Positions 1 to 10,399 of a stretch of DNA of 56,737 bases are shown in pieces. The notes beneath the pieces were generated by a model. The model ran no database searches. It saw only the letters and a program-made list of their open reading frames with translations, and was not told the DNA's origin. Made by a program: the position numbers and the translations under genes. This DNA is from an uncultured virus (IMG/VR IMGVR_UViG_3300032291_003671). Taxonomy: Duplodnaviria; Heunggongvirae; Uroviricota; Caudoviricetes. The stretch is from the IMG/VR virus record IMGVR_UViG_3300032291_003671; one strand, 5' to 3'. Position 1 is the first letter of the stretch. Every line of letters starts with the position of its first letter.

Positions 1-1620
1 GCTATTTGTTTCAAGTCCAAACATATCCATATAATACTCATAATCATCTTCAGCATTACTCTTTAACTCCGAGTACTTTTCATCGTATAATTTATCAGGC
101 CAAATCCCTTGTGGGTCATCATTTATTTCTTGAATTTTTTCTTTAAGTTCATCTATCATTTCTTCAAACTCATTTATTTTTGAAGTAATGGTCGGGTCAT
201 TGTTTACTTGGTTCTGTTCAGATAATTTTTTTATAATATTTTCTATGGAATTGATTCTTTGTTCCATAATTTCAATATTTTCTTGTTGTTGTGCGGATAA
301 AATTCTCTCGTCATCATTAAAATAACTTTCAGGACTCTCATATAAATCATCATAAAGATAATCAGTAATATCCCTCACAATCATGTCAACATCCAAGTAA
401 TTATTTACAAAGCCTTTATTGAATCCTTCAACTCCAATATCATCAATCAACTGTTCAAGATATACCTTTGCACTATCCATCATTTCATCGTCAGTTCCAG
501 CGGTGTATCTATTACCTTCTAAATCAACATCAATAACTTTAAATTTTGTTAGGTCATAATATTCTCCATCAGGAATTATATTATAAACATCAATCTTATT
601 ATTTAATTCTTTTAATTCATCTTCAAGTTCCCCAATTTTAATAACCAAATCTTCTCTTCCTTCCCCTTCTCTTTCATATTCGGCATTTGTAGATTCAAGT
701 TCAGCTTTCAATCTGTTTAGTTCAGTAAAGTCTTCTTGAGTTTTTCCCTCTATTTCTCCAGTCTCAATTAAAAACTTAAGTACTGCATGAGCCCTTAAAC
801 CAACTTCAGGAGTGTTAGGTCCTAAAGCCCATTCGTTGTCTAATCTTCTTTCATCTGCAGCATCTCTTTCTGCTTGCAATTCCCTTTGTATTAATATTCT
901 TTCTTGTCTACGTTTTTCTTTTTCTGCTTCCTCTTTGTTTTGGAATATCTTAACTTGTTCTTCAAATTCAGTATTGATATAGTCGTCAATTGATTGAAGT
1001 ATTGTATTCAATTTATTTGTATTGAATATCCATCCCCCTTTGATAATTTCATCTATAGAGTCATAGTAAGTTTTGTCCCCATCAAATTTCTTAAGGAGAG
1101 CAACTTTGTATAACTTATTATTAGTTGGAAGTGTTTTGTCTATAATATAGAATAACTTTCCATCAATATTATATTTGTTGAATTGACTATCGGTATCTGA
1201 AGCGGTACACCACTTTGTACCTTTACCGTAATAACATGATGATTTATATGTTAGTGGATTAACAACAAAGAATCGTTCATCTTCATAAACAACATTCCCA
1301 CCTTCAACTTTCCTTACAGTTCTTCTTTGTTTATTACTATATTCACTTATGGCACTTAATAATTGCCCAATATTTTTATATTGATATAAGTCAGTTATCG
1401 GAAGGTTACTATAAATCTTATCAAATATTTTTATTGCCTCATTAACTTTAGCGAAGTTTTCATCAAAATTAATTGAGTCCAATACCTTTCCAGCCCATTC
1501 CAAATATTTTGGTGAGATTTCTTTCGTAATCTTATCCACATTCTCGGCTCCTAATTTTTGTGTATACTTTGTCTTAAAATCAGATAATCGGCTTTCTTGT
1601 AATATATTTGAAAATTCCAT
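1..1620 (-). CDS. Large acidic phage protein with PcfJ-like 'SCYYGKGTKWC' domain and coiled coil; 3' end lies beyond the window start (>540 aa)
   Basis: Not in ORF track. Hand translation from ATG at 1620 (MEFSNILQESRLSDFKTKY...SSCYYGKGTKWCTAS...) stays open to position 1. TATTTAT motif 13 nt upstream. Confidence 0.85.
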   Translation of the reverse strand, partial: MEFSNILQESRLSDFKTKYTQKLGAENVDKITKEISPKYLEWAGKVLDSINFDENFAKVNEAIKIFDKIYSNLPITDLYQYKNIGQLLSAISEYSNKQRRTVRKVEGGNVVYEDERFFVVNPLTYKSSCYYGKGTKWCTASDTDSQFNKYNIDGKLFYIIDKTLPTNNKLYKVALLKKFDGDKTYYDSIDEIIKGGWIFNTNKLNTILQSIDDYINTEFEEQVKIFQNKEEAEKEKRRQERILIQRELQAERDAADERRLDNEWALGPNTPEVGLRAHAVLKFLIETGEIEGKTQEDFTELNRLKAELESTNAEYEREGEGREDLVIKIGELEDELKELNNKIDVYNIIPDGEYYDLTKFKVIDVDLEGNRYTAGTDDEMMDSAKVYLEQLIDDIGVEGFNKGFVNNYLDVDMIVRDITDYLYDDLYESPESYFNDDERILSAQQQENIEIMEQRINSIENIIKKLSEQNQVNNDPTITSKINEFEEMIDELKEKIQEINDDPQGIWPDKLYDEKYSELKSNAEDDYEYYMDMFGLETNS

Positions 1621-1717
1621 GTAACTTTTATTTGATAAATATTCTTTTAAGTGTATATTTCATTATAATTACTATTTATTATTAAGAAACAAATAAACTA
1701 ATCTAAATTATCATACT

Positions 1718-1867
1718 ATGGCATGCGGATGTAAAAACAATGCTAATCAAGCTCAACCTTCAGTTCAACAAGTCCAAGCTCAACCACAACAGACAACTGA
1801 AAGTGTTAAGTCAGCTATTAAAAAGACTATTGAGAAGTATTACAATGTAAATAAGACTTCCAACTAA
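1718..1867 (+). CDS. Small protein MACGCKNN... (49 aa), N-terminal CxC, Gln-rich
   Basis: Hand translation MACGCKNNANQAQPSVQQVQAQPQQTTESVKSAIKKTIEKYYNVNKTSN*; fills the intergenic gap; TATTTATT at 1673-1680. Confidence 0.7.
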   Translation: MACGCKNNANQAQPSVQQVQAQPQQTTESVKSAIKKTIEKYYNVNKTSN

Positions 1868-1933
1868 ACCTTATTTTATTACAAATTATTAAAAGGAACA
1901 TGAAAATTGTTCCTTTTTTTGTATTTATATGTT

Positions 1934-2914
1934 ATGAATATCCAAGAAATAATTGACGACCTAAATGAGGGTAATCACAATTTTTTAAAATACTTTGATA
2001 ATGACTACCAACTTTTATTTAAGTTTTTAGAAAAAAGAGGTGCATTGAAGTTCTTGGACCCCAACAACTACGAATATCAAAACCCTTTATTAATTTATTT
2101 ACAAAAAGAAGATAAAGAAAAATTTGCAAAATGGGTTACTCACTATCTTGATGACGTTGTATATGAAAATGGTAAGTATTATTTGGTAGTAAATAATAAA
2201 TCCGAATTAGTTCATTTGTTTTGTGAAACAAGAAATAGTTTACCAACAGAAACTGTTGAAGCACTATTAAGTGGTGAAGGTGATAATGATTTTTGGGGAG
2301 ATTATTATACCGAAAGTCTTTATAGAGATATAGTTTTGGAATTAACAAAATCAAATTTATTAAGACTTAAAGAATATATTATTGATACATTAAAAAATGT
2401 TCAACTATCAACTGATACTATCTTACTTGAGGATATTGCTAAAGAACAAGGTCATCCTGAATACGTTACGGTAGATAGTGAAAATATTGACTATATTGTT
2501 GATGATAAAGACACAATGAATCAGTTGTTAGAAAATGAATTAAGTAGCACATTAACACCAGAATTAGGTAATATTCATAATGCTGCATACAACATGGCAT
2601 ATGAAGATGATTTGTACGAAGGAGTTTGGGATAAATTAAACGAATACTTTTTTGGTCAGGGTGAGTGGATTTCAAGACCTCACAAATACGGAAAAAATAT
2701 AGAAGTACAATTTTTTAAAATTGAAATTGCAAACTTTGAACATGAAATTTTACAATTCCTAAAAGATGACATGTATAATTTAGATTATTACGGTGAATAT
2801 ATTAAACTTCTCAGAAGTCAAATGGATGAATGTTTGAAAGTTTATCCGCCTGATTATCCAAGTGCCAGAAAAGTTGATAAACTAATCAACGAATTGTTTA
2901 CAGACTATATATAA
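1934..2914 (+). CDS. Acidic hypothetical protein (start revised from 1907 to 1934)
   Basis: Long ORF; ATG at 1934 lies 4 nt after TATTTATA (1922-1929). Confidence 0.8.
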   Translation: MNIQEIIDDLNEGNHNFLKYFDNDYQLLFKFLEKRGALKFLDPNNYEYQNPLLIYLQKEDKEKFAKWVTHYLDDVVYENGKYYLVVNNKSELVHLFCETRNSLPTETVEALLSGEGDNDFWGDYYTESLYRDIVLELTKSNLLRLKEYIIDTLKNVQLSTDTILLEDIAKEQGHPEYVTVDSENIDYIVDDKDTMNQLLENELSSTLTPELGNIHNAAYNMAYEDDLYEGVWDKLNEYFFGQGEWISRPHKYGKNIEVQFFKIEIANFEHEILQFLKDDMYNLDYYGEYIKLLRSQMDECLKVYPPDYPSARKVDKLINELFTDYI

Positions 2915-2942
2915 AAAAAAGGACTTTAAATTAGTCCTTTTT
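2913..2942. terminator. Bidirectional intrinsic terminator between convergent genes
   Basis: A-run, GGACT-ttaaatt-AGTCC stem-loop, T-run. Confidence 0.7.
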
Positions 2943-4578
2943 CTTTTGCTCTATTTTCTAAACTTTCCAATCTTTGTTCTTTTAAATCTAATAAAATTGA
3001 TTGTTCTTTGATTGCCTCAATACATAATGTAACAATATCACTGTATTTAACTTTTAAAATTTCAGTATCTGTTTCATTACCATAGACAAACTCAGGAACA
3101 ACTTCTTTAATTTCTTGAGCGATAAAACCTATATTGTCTTTAGGTAATTGGGAAACATCAACCAAATCAGTTTTCTTCCAAAAGAATCTAACACCTCTCA
3201 ACTTAGTTAATAAATCAATTGAGTTAGTCATTGGAACTATATTATTTTTAAATCTGATGTCTGAAGGTCCTGTACCACCCTGAGCTCCTTGCGCTCCTTG
3301 GAAACCAATAGGACCTTGTGGGCCTTGGGCACCTTGTGACCCTGGGTCTCCTGGCGCACCTTGTGGACCTTGCGGACCTGTTGTACCTTGGCCTCCTTGA
3401 GCTCCTTGAGCTCCTTGACCTCCTGGTGGACCTGGTGGACCTTGTGGTCCTTCAGGACCTTGTGGTCCTTGAAAACCTTGAGCTCCCACCGCGCCAGCTG
3501 GTCCTTGAGGACCTGTCTCTCCTTGAGGTGAGGGCCCTGTTGGACCTTGGGCACCTGTTGCACCTTGAGGTCCTTGACCACCTTGAGGTCCTTGAAATCC
3601 TTGAGCACCTTGACCACCTGTTCCACCTGTAGTTCCTTTAGGTCCTTGGGCTCCTGTAGCTCCCATTGCTCCTTGTCCTCCTGTCGGCCCTGTACCTCCT
3701 TTAGGTCCTTGAGCTCCTTGTCCTCCTTTAAGACCTTGTCCTCCAGTTGGTCCTGTAGTTCCTTTAGGTCCTTGAGCTCCTTGTCCTCCTTTAAGACCAG
3801 TACCCCCTTGTGAACCTTGAACTCCTTGAGCTCCTTGAACACCTTTAGCCCCTTGAGCACCTTGTCCTCCTTGAGCTCCTTGATTACCGTTTAATCCTTG
3901 GGAGCCTTGTCCTCCTTGAGCACCTTGTCCTCCTTGAGCACCTTGAGCACCTGTTGAGCCTATAGTTCCTTGAGCACCCTGTGCACCTTGTACACCTCCA
4001 GGACCTATTGTTCCTGTGTCTCCTTGAGCCCCTTGTCCACCTTGAATACCTTGAGCTCCTTGTGACCCTGTAACTCCTTGTGCACCTTGGGCTCCATTTG
4101 CACCTGCGGCACCTTGTACTCCTTGAAAACCTTGAGCACCTTGTACACCTGTTGCTCCTTGAGAACCTGTTGGTCCTTTTGGCCCTTGAGCTCCTTGTCC
4201 TCCTTGAGCACCTTGTCCTCCTTGAATACCTTGGGCTCCTTGTGAACCTTGAACACCTTGAACACCTTGAGCACCTAAAATACCTTGAGTACCTTGTGCT
4301 CCTGCGGTTCCTTGTGCTCCTTGAGGTTGTCTATTACCTGTCCATCCTGAGGTTGCATTAATAAGGTCACCTGAATTATTACTAAGTGAAGTTATAATAT
4401 TGATAGAACTATTAATTGCTCGGATATTAGGATAAGTCGTATCTATTGATAGATATGTTGCACCTGTATACTTAAAATTAATTGCTCCAGACTCAATTAC
4501 AGCTGTGATTGTTCTACCACTAACATCATAAAAATCAATTTTACCTTCACCAGGAGTTATTATAATATTCTCAGCCAC
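2926..4578 (-). CDS. Collagen-like tail fibre with C-terminal peptidase S74 intramolecular chaperone
   Basis: ~350 aa of Gly-X-Y ([12 protein letters not shown]), then [10 protein letters not shown]...IGFIAQE...coiled coil. Confidence 0.9.
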   Translation of the reverse strand: MAENIIITPGEGKIDFYDVSGRTITAVIESGAINFKYTGATYLSIDTTYPNIRAINSSINIITSLSNNSGDLINATSGWTGNRQPQGAQGTAGAQGTQGILGAQGVQGVQGSQGAQGIQGGQGAQGGQGAQGPKGPTGSQGATGVQGAQGFQGVQGAAGANGAQGAQGVTGSQGAQGIQGGQGAQGDTGTIGPGGVQGAQGAQGTIGSTGAQGAQGGQGAQGGQGSQGLNGNQGAQGGQGAQGAKGVQGAQGVQGSQGGTGLKGGQGAQGPKGTTGPTGGQGLKGGQGAQGPKGGTGPTGGQGAMGATGAQGPKGTTGGTGGQGAQGFQGPQGGQGPQGATGAQGPTGPSPQGETGPQGPAGAVGAQGFQGPQGPEGPQGPPGPPGGQGAQGAQGGQGTTGPQGPQGAPGDPGSQGAQGPQGPIGFQGAQGAQGGTGPSDIRFKNNIVPMTNSIDLLTKLRGVRFFWKKTDLVDVSQLPKDNIGFIAQEIKEVVPEFVYGNETDTEILKVKYSDIVTLCIEAIKEQSILLDLKEQRLESLENRAKEKGLI

Positions 4579-6283
4579 CTATTACTTCTTTTAGTTTGTT
4601 TATTCTTTTATATATTGAATCAATTCTTCTCTGTTGTTCTTGAACACTACCAACACCTAAACTCACCATCCAACCATAATTTACAGATTTAAATCCATCC
4701 ATATCTGTTGATACAATCTCAGGTACAATTTTTTCAACTTGTTGAGCAATTACTCCAATTGCTCCACCTTCAAATGCGTTTTTAGCTGCAATTGATTTAT
4801 TATTCTTAATTTTAGGATGTTCAGGATTCCATGTAAACCTAACACCTTCAATTTTTTTAGTAGTTGATAATACGTTTTCAAGTTTGGTAATATTATCTTT
4901 AAGTCTTCTATCTGATGGTGCTCCTTGAGCACCTGTGTCTCCTTGTGGTCCTTGACCACCTGGACCTCCTGCGGGTCCTTGACCTCCTGGTGGCCCTTGA
5001 GCTCCTGTTGCTCCTCCACCACCTTGGTCTCCTGGAAAACCTTGAGCTCCTAAATCACCTGTAGGACCTTGAGGACCTGGAGGACCTGGAGTGTTGGGAC
5101 CTTGATTTCCTTGAGGTCCTGTTGCCCCTTGGGCTCCTTGCGTTGTATTGTTATTACCTTGAGGTCCTTGTGCTCCTGTAGCACCTGGCCCACCAGTCGC
5201 ACCTTGAGCCCCTTGTGGGCCAGTAAACCCTTGCGGTCCTTGATTTCCTGTATTTCCTTGAGCTCCTTGAGATGACCCTTGAGCGCCTTGAGAACCTGCG
5301 GCACCTTGTGCTCCTTGAGGTCCTTGTGCTCCTTGCGCGGCTCCTTGGGCTCCTTGAGACCCTAAAGCCCCTTGGGCTCCTTGGTCACCTTGGGCACCTT
5401 GAGCGGCTCCTTGAGCACCTTGAGACCCTAAAGCCCCTTGGGCTCCTTGGTCACCTTGAGCTCCTTGTACACCACCTTGAGCACCTGTTGGTCCAAAATC
5501 TCCTGTATTACCTTGAGCCCCTTGAGCTCCTTGAGATTCCCCTTGGGCACCTTGAATACCTTGGTTTCCTTGGGCTCCTGTTGAACCTTGAGCCCCCGTG
5601 TTAGCTCCTTGGGCTCCTTGAGCACCTTGAGGTGATGACCCTTGGGCTCCTTGAGCACCTGTGTTAGTACCTTGAGCACCTTGTCCACCTTGAGCGCCTT
5701 GAGCTCCTATTGAGCCTGTTGGTCCTTGAATTAAACTAATATCTCCTTGAGAACCTTGAGCACCTGGTGGTCCTTGACCACCTTGGGCACCTTGGACAAG
5801 ACCTTGAGCCCCTTGAGCACCTGCCACCACACTTTGTGAACCTTGTGAACCTTGTGAACCTTGCACCCCTTGAGCACCTTGTGAACCTCCCTGCGCACCT
5901 TGTGAACCTGTTGGTCCTACAACGATACTATCGTCTCCTTGATTACCTTGAGCACCTTGGGCTCCTTGACCTCCTTGAGCCCCTTGTTCACCTTGAGTTC
6001 CTTGAGCCCCTTGAAATCCTAAGATTCCAGTTGTTGGTCCAACCCAATTTCCTGATGAATCTATGTAAGGAGTACCTGTAAAACTAAGACCTCCCGTAGC
6101 GGTTGCACCTGAACTAAAAACACCAGCACTACCAATTGTTAAGCCTGTTAAAGTTGTAGATGATAATGATAATATGGAATTATTATTAACATTAAACTGC
6201 AGCTTATTTGTCCCGTCATCAAATAACATGTGAGGAAGTTCATTTCCTGTATTACCTTGAGGATATATTATTAAGTCAGCCAT
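4571..6283 (-). CDS. Collagen-like tail fibre (interrupted triple helix) with S74 chaperone
   Basis: Gly-X-Y repeats with interruptions (GAAQ, GESQ, GSSPQ); [10 protein letters not shown]...IGVIAQQ. Confidence 0.9.
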   Translation of the reverse strand: MADLIIYPQGNTGNELPHMLFDDGTNKLQFNVNNNSILSLSSTTLTGLTIGSAGVFSSGATATGGLSFTGTPYIDSSGNWVGPTTGILGFQGAQGTQGEQGAQGGQGAQGAQGNQGDDSIVVGPTGSQGAQGGSQGAQGVQGSQGSQGSQSVVAGAQGAQGLVQGAQGGQGPPGAQGSQGDISLIQGPTGSIGAQGAQGGQGAQGTNTGAQGAQGSSPQGAQGAQGANTGAQGSTGAQGNQGIQGAQGESQGAQGAQGNTGDFGPTGAQGGVQGAQGDQGAQGALGSQGAQGAAQGAQGDQGAQGALGSQGAQGAAQGAQGPQGAQGAAGSQGAQGSSQGAQGNTGNQGPQGFTGPQGAQGATGGPGATGAQGPQGNNNTTQGAQGATGPQGNQGPNTPGPPGPQGPTGDLGAQGFPGDQGGGGATGAQGPPGGQGPAGGPGGQGPQGDTGAQGAPSDRRLKDNITKLENVLSTTKKIEGVRFTWNPEHPKIKNNKSIAAKNAFEGGAIGVIAQQVEKIVPEIVSTDMDGFKSVNYGWMVSLGVGSVQEQQRRIDSIYKRINKLKEVIGG

Positions 6284-8244
6284 TAATTCAATTTAGATTC
6301 TATAAAATCAAGTTCTTTATCTATGTCTTCAATAAATACTTGTTGTTCTTTTATGGCTTCAACCAATACCGCATTAAGTTTAATATAATCAATGAAATAA
6401 TATCCTTCACTATTAATACCAACTACTTCAGGATAATACTGTCTAACATTTTGAGCAATTAATCCAATAGCGTGTAGTCTACCATCTTTTTTCATTTCTT
6501 CGTAAGAAACTGAACCAACATTTTCATTCCAATCATATTCAACTGCGTCAATCTTCATTAAGATTTCTAATGAATTAGTTAAAGTATCGATACCTTGTTT
6601 AATTCTAACGTCAGAAGCACAAGTACCGTAAATACTTCCATAACCATTTGAGTCAAATTGACCGTAAGTTGCCGTGTAATCACAACTATAATAGTTATAA
6701 GCTAAGGTCCAACAACAAGTGTTACTTGCCTGACAATAAGCTTCAGTTGAATACCAATAACCCGAATCGGCACAAGTAGATGTCTGTCTCCATGCATTAC
6801 CAAAATTATAGTTTCCAACACAAAGTTCACTTGAATATGGAGAATATACAAAACCAACATTATAACAAGTTACCGCAGGTGGGCCTGTTGCTCCTTGTGG
6901 TCCTTGAGCACCTTGTGGTCCTTGTGGGCCAACCACACCTTGTGGTCCTGTAGAACCTTGAGCACCTTGGGTACCTGTACCTCCTTGAGGACCTGTTGGG
7001 CCTGGCGCGCCTGTACCTCCTTGAAACCCTTGTGGTCCAGTACCTCCTTGAGGACCTGATGGTCCTGGTGGCCCAAAATTTCCTGTGGCTCCTTGTGGGC
7101 CATTATTACCTGAAGGTCCTGTAGCACCTTGCGCACCTGTTGGTCCAGATATCCCTATCGCACCTGAATTTCCTTGTGAACCAGTTGGGCCTTGAGGTCC
7201 CTGAGGTCCTACATTTCCTTGAGCCCCTGTATTACCTGTTGGACCTGTTGTGCCTGTTGCACCCGTGGCACCTGTATCACCTTGAGCCCCTGTATTACCT
7301 GTTGGTCCTGTTGCTCCTGTGTCTCCTGTATTACCTGTAGCGCCTTGAGCCCCTGTATTACCTATTGGGCCTGTAGTACCTGTGGCACCCGCGGCACCTG
7401 TATCACCTTGAGGTCCTACAAATCCAGTTGGTCCTGCAGGTCCAGTCGCACCTGGGTTACCTGAGTTACCTTGAGCTCCCGTATTACCCGTTGGCCCTGT
7501 AAAACCCGTATCACCTTTAATTCCTGTACTTCCTTGGGCACCTGTATTACCTTGGTCACCTTGAGTACCTTGGGCACCAGGGTTACCTGTATTACCTTGA
7601 GCTCCAGCATTACCTGTTGAACCTATATTACCTTGGGCTCCTTTACTTCCTTGAACTCCTTGTGGCCCTTTATCTCCCATAGCGCCAGCAAGACCTTCAG
7701 CACCTGTGAATCCTGTGGCTCCTTGTGCTCCTGTATTTCCTGTATCACCTTGAGGCCCAATATCCCCTATATTACCCGTATCACCTGTCGGACCAGAATT
7801 CCCTTGAGCTCCATTATTCCCTTGAGCACCTTGAACTCCTTGAGGTCCTTTGTTGCCCATACTTCCTACTCCTCCCTCAAAACCAATTGCTCCTGTATTA
7901 CCTGATGGACCGTTATCTCCTTTAGCACCTTGCGCCCCTGCAACATTGGTTGTTGGCCCTACCCAATTTAATGTACCATTGAAAACTTGAACTCCTGGAG
8001 AACCAACCGCAAAATAATTTCCAATATTAAGTTTGTCAAAACTAATTATACCAAGACCAGGATTTACTCTTAAAAGAATAGTCGAAGTACTAGCGCTAAT
8101 ACTAAATATTGGACTGAGTCCACCATCCTGAACATTCCATTTGATAGGTACATCCGCAGCGTCATTAATGAAATTAATGAAAGGTATTCTATCAGGAGTT
8201 ACAAAAAGACTATTGCTTGGTACTATTAATATATTCTTACCCAT
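6283..8244 (-). CDS. Thr-rich collagen-like fibre with Cys-rich tip and S74 chaperone
   Basis: [12 protein letters not shown] triplets, ~90-aa Cys/Tyr-rich segment, ASDVRIK...IGLIAQN. Confidence 0.9.
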   Translation of the reverse strand: MGKNILIVPSNSLFVTPDRIPFINFINDAADVPIKWNVQDGGLSPIFSISASTSTILLRVNPGLGIISFDKLNIGNYFAVGSPGVQVFNGTLNWVGPTTNVAGAQGAKGDNGPSGNTGAIGFEGGVGSMGNKGPQGVQGAQGNNGAQGNSGPTGDTGNIGDIGPQGDTGNTGAQGATGFTGAEGLAGAMGDKGPQGVQGSKGAQGNIGSTGNAGAQGNTGNPGAQGTQGDQGNTGAQGSTGIKGDTGFTGPTGNTGAQGNSGNPGATGPAGPTGFVGPQGDTGAAGATGTTGPIGNTGAQGATGNTGDTGATGPTGNTGAQGDTGATGATGTTGPTGNTGAQGNVGPQGPQGPTGSQGNSGAIGISGPTGAQGATGPSGNNGPQGATGNFGPPGPSGPQGGTGPQGFQGGTGAPGPTGPQGGTGTQGAQGSTGPQGVVGPQGPQGAQGPQGATGPPAVTCYNVGFVYSPYSSELCVGNYNFGNAWRQTSTCADSGYWYSTEAYCQASNTCCWTLAYNYYSCDYTATYGQFDSNGYGSIYGTCASDVRIKQGIDTLTNSLEILMKIDAVEYDWNENVGSVSYEEMKKDGRLHAIGLIAQNVRQYYPEVVGINSEGYYFIDYIKLNAVLVEAIKEQQVFIEDIDKELDFIESKLN

Positions 8245-8264
8245 GTAAAATATTTTGGTTATTT

Positions 8265-8272
8265 TATAAATA
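8265..8272 (-). promoter_or_regulatory. Putative phage late promoter motif TATTTATA upstream of the collagen fibre operon
   Basis: Same motif recurs upstream of about 14 genes, many of them structural-type. Confidence 0.55.
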
Positions 8273-8293
8273 CAACGAAGGTTCTTTATTTCG

Positions 8294-8324
8294 TTTGTTT
8301 ATAACATAAAATTTACTATATTTG
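8294..8324 (+). promoter_or_regulatory. Bacteroidota-type sigmaA promoter TTTG-N19-TATATTTG
   Basis: Exact match to the -33 TTTG / -7 TAnnTTTG consensus with 19-nt spacer. Confidence 0.7.
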
Positions 8325-8354
8325 AGTCAAGAATAAACATTAATAAATGAATCT

Positions 8355-8999
8355 ATGATTTTAAAAAACCCAAGTAGTAAAATTTTCCTAACTAACTTAC
8401 TTGCAGATTTTATATTGTTTAAAATCCCAAAAAATGAACATTCAATAATTAGAGTAATTGACTGTGGAAACTTTTATTTAATTAAAGCAAAAACAACTCA
8501 TAAAGAACCATTAGAAATTTCAGAACTAATTACAGAATTTTCTGAAAAGTTTTCAGAATTTCTTGGAGATAAAAAAATTACTAGCACAATTGATTTGATT
8601 GAGTATGATGGTCATATGTTGGAACAATCATCACTAAAAATGACCCTATATAATACGGTTAATTGTTCGTACCATGAAAGTCAAATAATTCAATTTGAGA
8701 AAGAACCATCATCTTACAATTATAATGGTGAAGTTGTTGAAATGGATGATAATGAATTAGCACATATCTCTGAATTTCCTCACGGTTATTCATTAAGCCA
8801 AGGTCGTTTACTTTACTATTACGGAAAGAATTTACGTTATAACGATAACTCAGTGGACCCGATAACATATGATGTTTTGAAGGACAAAAATGATATGTCT
8901 GAACTAAAAACTGAAATGGAAAAGTTAGATTGGTTTGTTGAATTAACCAACCCACTTGAAGAATTTGAAGTATTAAAACAAAAAAGGGAATCTATATGA
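8355..8999 (+). CDS. Hypothetical protein
   Basis: 214-aa ORF downstream of a consensus promoter. Confidence 0.8.
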   Translation: MILKNPSSKIFLTNLLADFILFKIPKNEHSIIRVIDCGNFYLIKAKTTHKEPLEISELITEFSEKFSEFLGDKKITSTIDLIEYDGHMLEQSSLKMTLYNTVNCSYHESQIIQFEKEPSSYNYNGEVVEMDDNELAHISEFPHGYSLSQGRLLYYYGKNLRYNDNSVDPITYDVLKDKNDMSELKTEMEKLDWFVELTNPLEEFEVLKQKRESI

Positions 9000-9012
9000 T
9001 TCCCATTTTTTT
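8981..9012. terminator. Hairpin at overlapping convergent stops
   Basis: GGGAATC-tatat-GATTCCC flanked by A and T runs. Confidence 0.6.
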
Positions 9013-9291
9013 TCTGTGTATGTCTATAATTTGAACCGCTTCAGTTAGTTCATCATAATTTGTTTCAGGCGCATATAAGAATGACTTATAGTTATCACCG
9101 TCCCCTTCAATAATTAACAAAGATGGAACCATATCATTTTTGGTTATCTCAACAAACAAATCATATTCTTCTTTGTTTTCGTCAATATCTCTGTCAAAGA
9201 ATTCAATACCTTCTTTTTGTAATAACTCTTTGAATTCTACACAGAAGGGACAACCTTGCATTGTATAGACAATCACATTTAAATTTTTCAT
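8992..9291 (-). CDS. Glutaredoxin / NrdH-like redoxin
   Basis: YTMQGCPFC active site and cis-Pro 'VP' motif. Confidence 0.85.
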   Translation of the reverse strand: MKNLNVIVYTMQGCPFCVEFKELLQKEGIEFFDRDIDENKEEYDLFVEITKNDMVPSLLIIEGDGDNYKSFLYAPETNYDELTEAVQIIDIHRKKMGII

Positions 9292-9341
9292 ATTATTTAA
9301 ACTAATAACTTTAAATTTTTCATATTATTTAAACTAATAAC
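9278..9341. repeat. Perfect 32-bp tandem duplication at the thioredoxin/glutaredoxin junction
   Basis: tttaaatttttcatattatttaaactaataac at 9278-9309 and 9310-9341. Confidence 0.9.
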
Positions 9342-9649
9342 TTAAGAACTTCAGCTGGCATCATAACACCTGGCTTAGAGAATGTTTCTTTCCCCTCCTT
9401 GTAAATTTTTATTGTTGGTACACTTCTAACCCCTAATTCTCTACTAAATCCAAGGTCTGAATCCACATCAAACTTATAGATATTATAACTTGGTGAACCA
9501 TTAGATTCTTTTATTAAAGATGTATTCACCTCTTCTAAGTTACGTAACATAACTTTACATGGCCCGCACCATGTTGCAAATAAGTCTAATACAAAGCTTT
9601 CACCTTGTTCAATTTTTCCTTTAATTTCTTCCGTTGTTAGTTGTTGCAT
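9329..9649 (-). CDS. Thioredoxin
   Basis: FATWCGPCK, GVRSVPT. Confidence 0.92.
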   Translation of the reverse strand: MQQLTTEEIKGKIEQGESFVLDLFATWCGPCKVMLRNLEEVNTSLIKESNGSPSYNIYKFDVDSDLGFSRELGVRSVPTIKIYKEGKETFSKPGVMMPAEVLKLLV

Positions 9650-9959
9650 TTTTGAATTGTTTTAATAATTGTGTTATAAAGATAATAAGTTCGTTGTGTT
9701 GTTCTTGTTTGTAATAAATGTCAGCATCAATCTCGTCCCCTCTAAATGATAAATATAAGTAAAATCCTTGCATTGTCTTATAAAGTTTTTCTTTAAAAAT
9801 AAATTTTCCACTATCAGTGTCAATGTCCGATTTACTATAAAGTATGGTAACTTTTTTGTTAATAAAGTCATCAAACTCTTTGGGTAAGCTATACAATTTT
9901 GACAATGATAATACTTTATCATTCTTTTCAATCTGTTTGAGCCACTTTGGTTTTTTCAT
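9621..9959 (-). CDS. Hypothetical protein
   Basis: 112-aa ORF in operon context. Confidence 0.7.
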   Translation of the reverse strand: MKKPKWLKQIEKNDKVLSLSKLYSLPKEFDDFINKKVTILYSKSDIDTDSGKFIFKEKLYKTMQGFYLYLSFRGDEIDADIYYKQEQHNELIIFITQLLKQFKNATTNNGRN

Positions 9960-10017
9960 TTTAATTTATTATCTGTACTAAATAATAAGATTTGTTTACC
10001 CATTTTAAATAGAATAT

Positions 10018-10045
10018 AAAAAAAATGGAGGACTATGTCCTCCGT
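10018..10045 (-). terminator. Intrinsic terminator
   Basis: GGAGGAC-ata-GTCCTCC followed by a T-run on the minus strand. Confidence 0.7.
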
Positions 10046-10047
10046 GA

Positions 10048-10377
10048 TTAGTTTAAATATGTTTTTCCAACTTTGGTGTCCACTATTGAGTTTTTCATCT
10101 GTGCTTCGTAAATCTTTGATTTCTTATTCAACAAATCACTCATGGTCATCTTTGTAGGTTCAAGTAGGGTTTGATTTAACTCAACACAAATTAAAATAAT
10201 CTGTTTTTGAGTTAATGGTATCTCTTCACCTTTCTCATAATTCTCAAAAGCCTGTTCTTTCATTTTCTGATAGAACTCGTTCTCTTTATCTTTGGGAACT
10301 AAGTTTAATAGGTCTTTTGGATTCTCCCTAAAAAACTTAGTTATATTATTCATGTATATTTCAACATCAACACTCAT
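10048..10377 (-). CDS. Hypothetical protein
   Basis: 109-aa ORF. Confidence 0.75.
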   Translation of the reverse strand: MSVDVEIYMNNITKFFRENPKDLLNLVPKDKENEFYQKMKEQAFENYEKGEEIPLTQKQIILICVELNQTLLEPTKMTMSDLLNKKSKIYEAQMKNSIVDTKVGKTYLN

Positions 10378-10399
10378 AATATAAATGTTTAAAGTTTAA

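Noticed and set aside
3237..7925. Many alternate-frame and antisense ORFs within the collagen genes
   Set aside because: By-products of the 9-nt periodic Gly-X-Y codon pattern
2926..8244. Short repeats such as ccttgagc as a possible CRISPR or satellite array
   Set aside because: They encode collagen triplets; there is no repeat-spacer structure
8992..9649. Thioredoxin and glutaredoxin as a virion disulfide-forming pathway
   Set aside because: CGPC and CPFC are reducing-type sites and no sulfhydryl oxidase is visible; supplying ribonucleotide reductase is more likely
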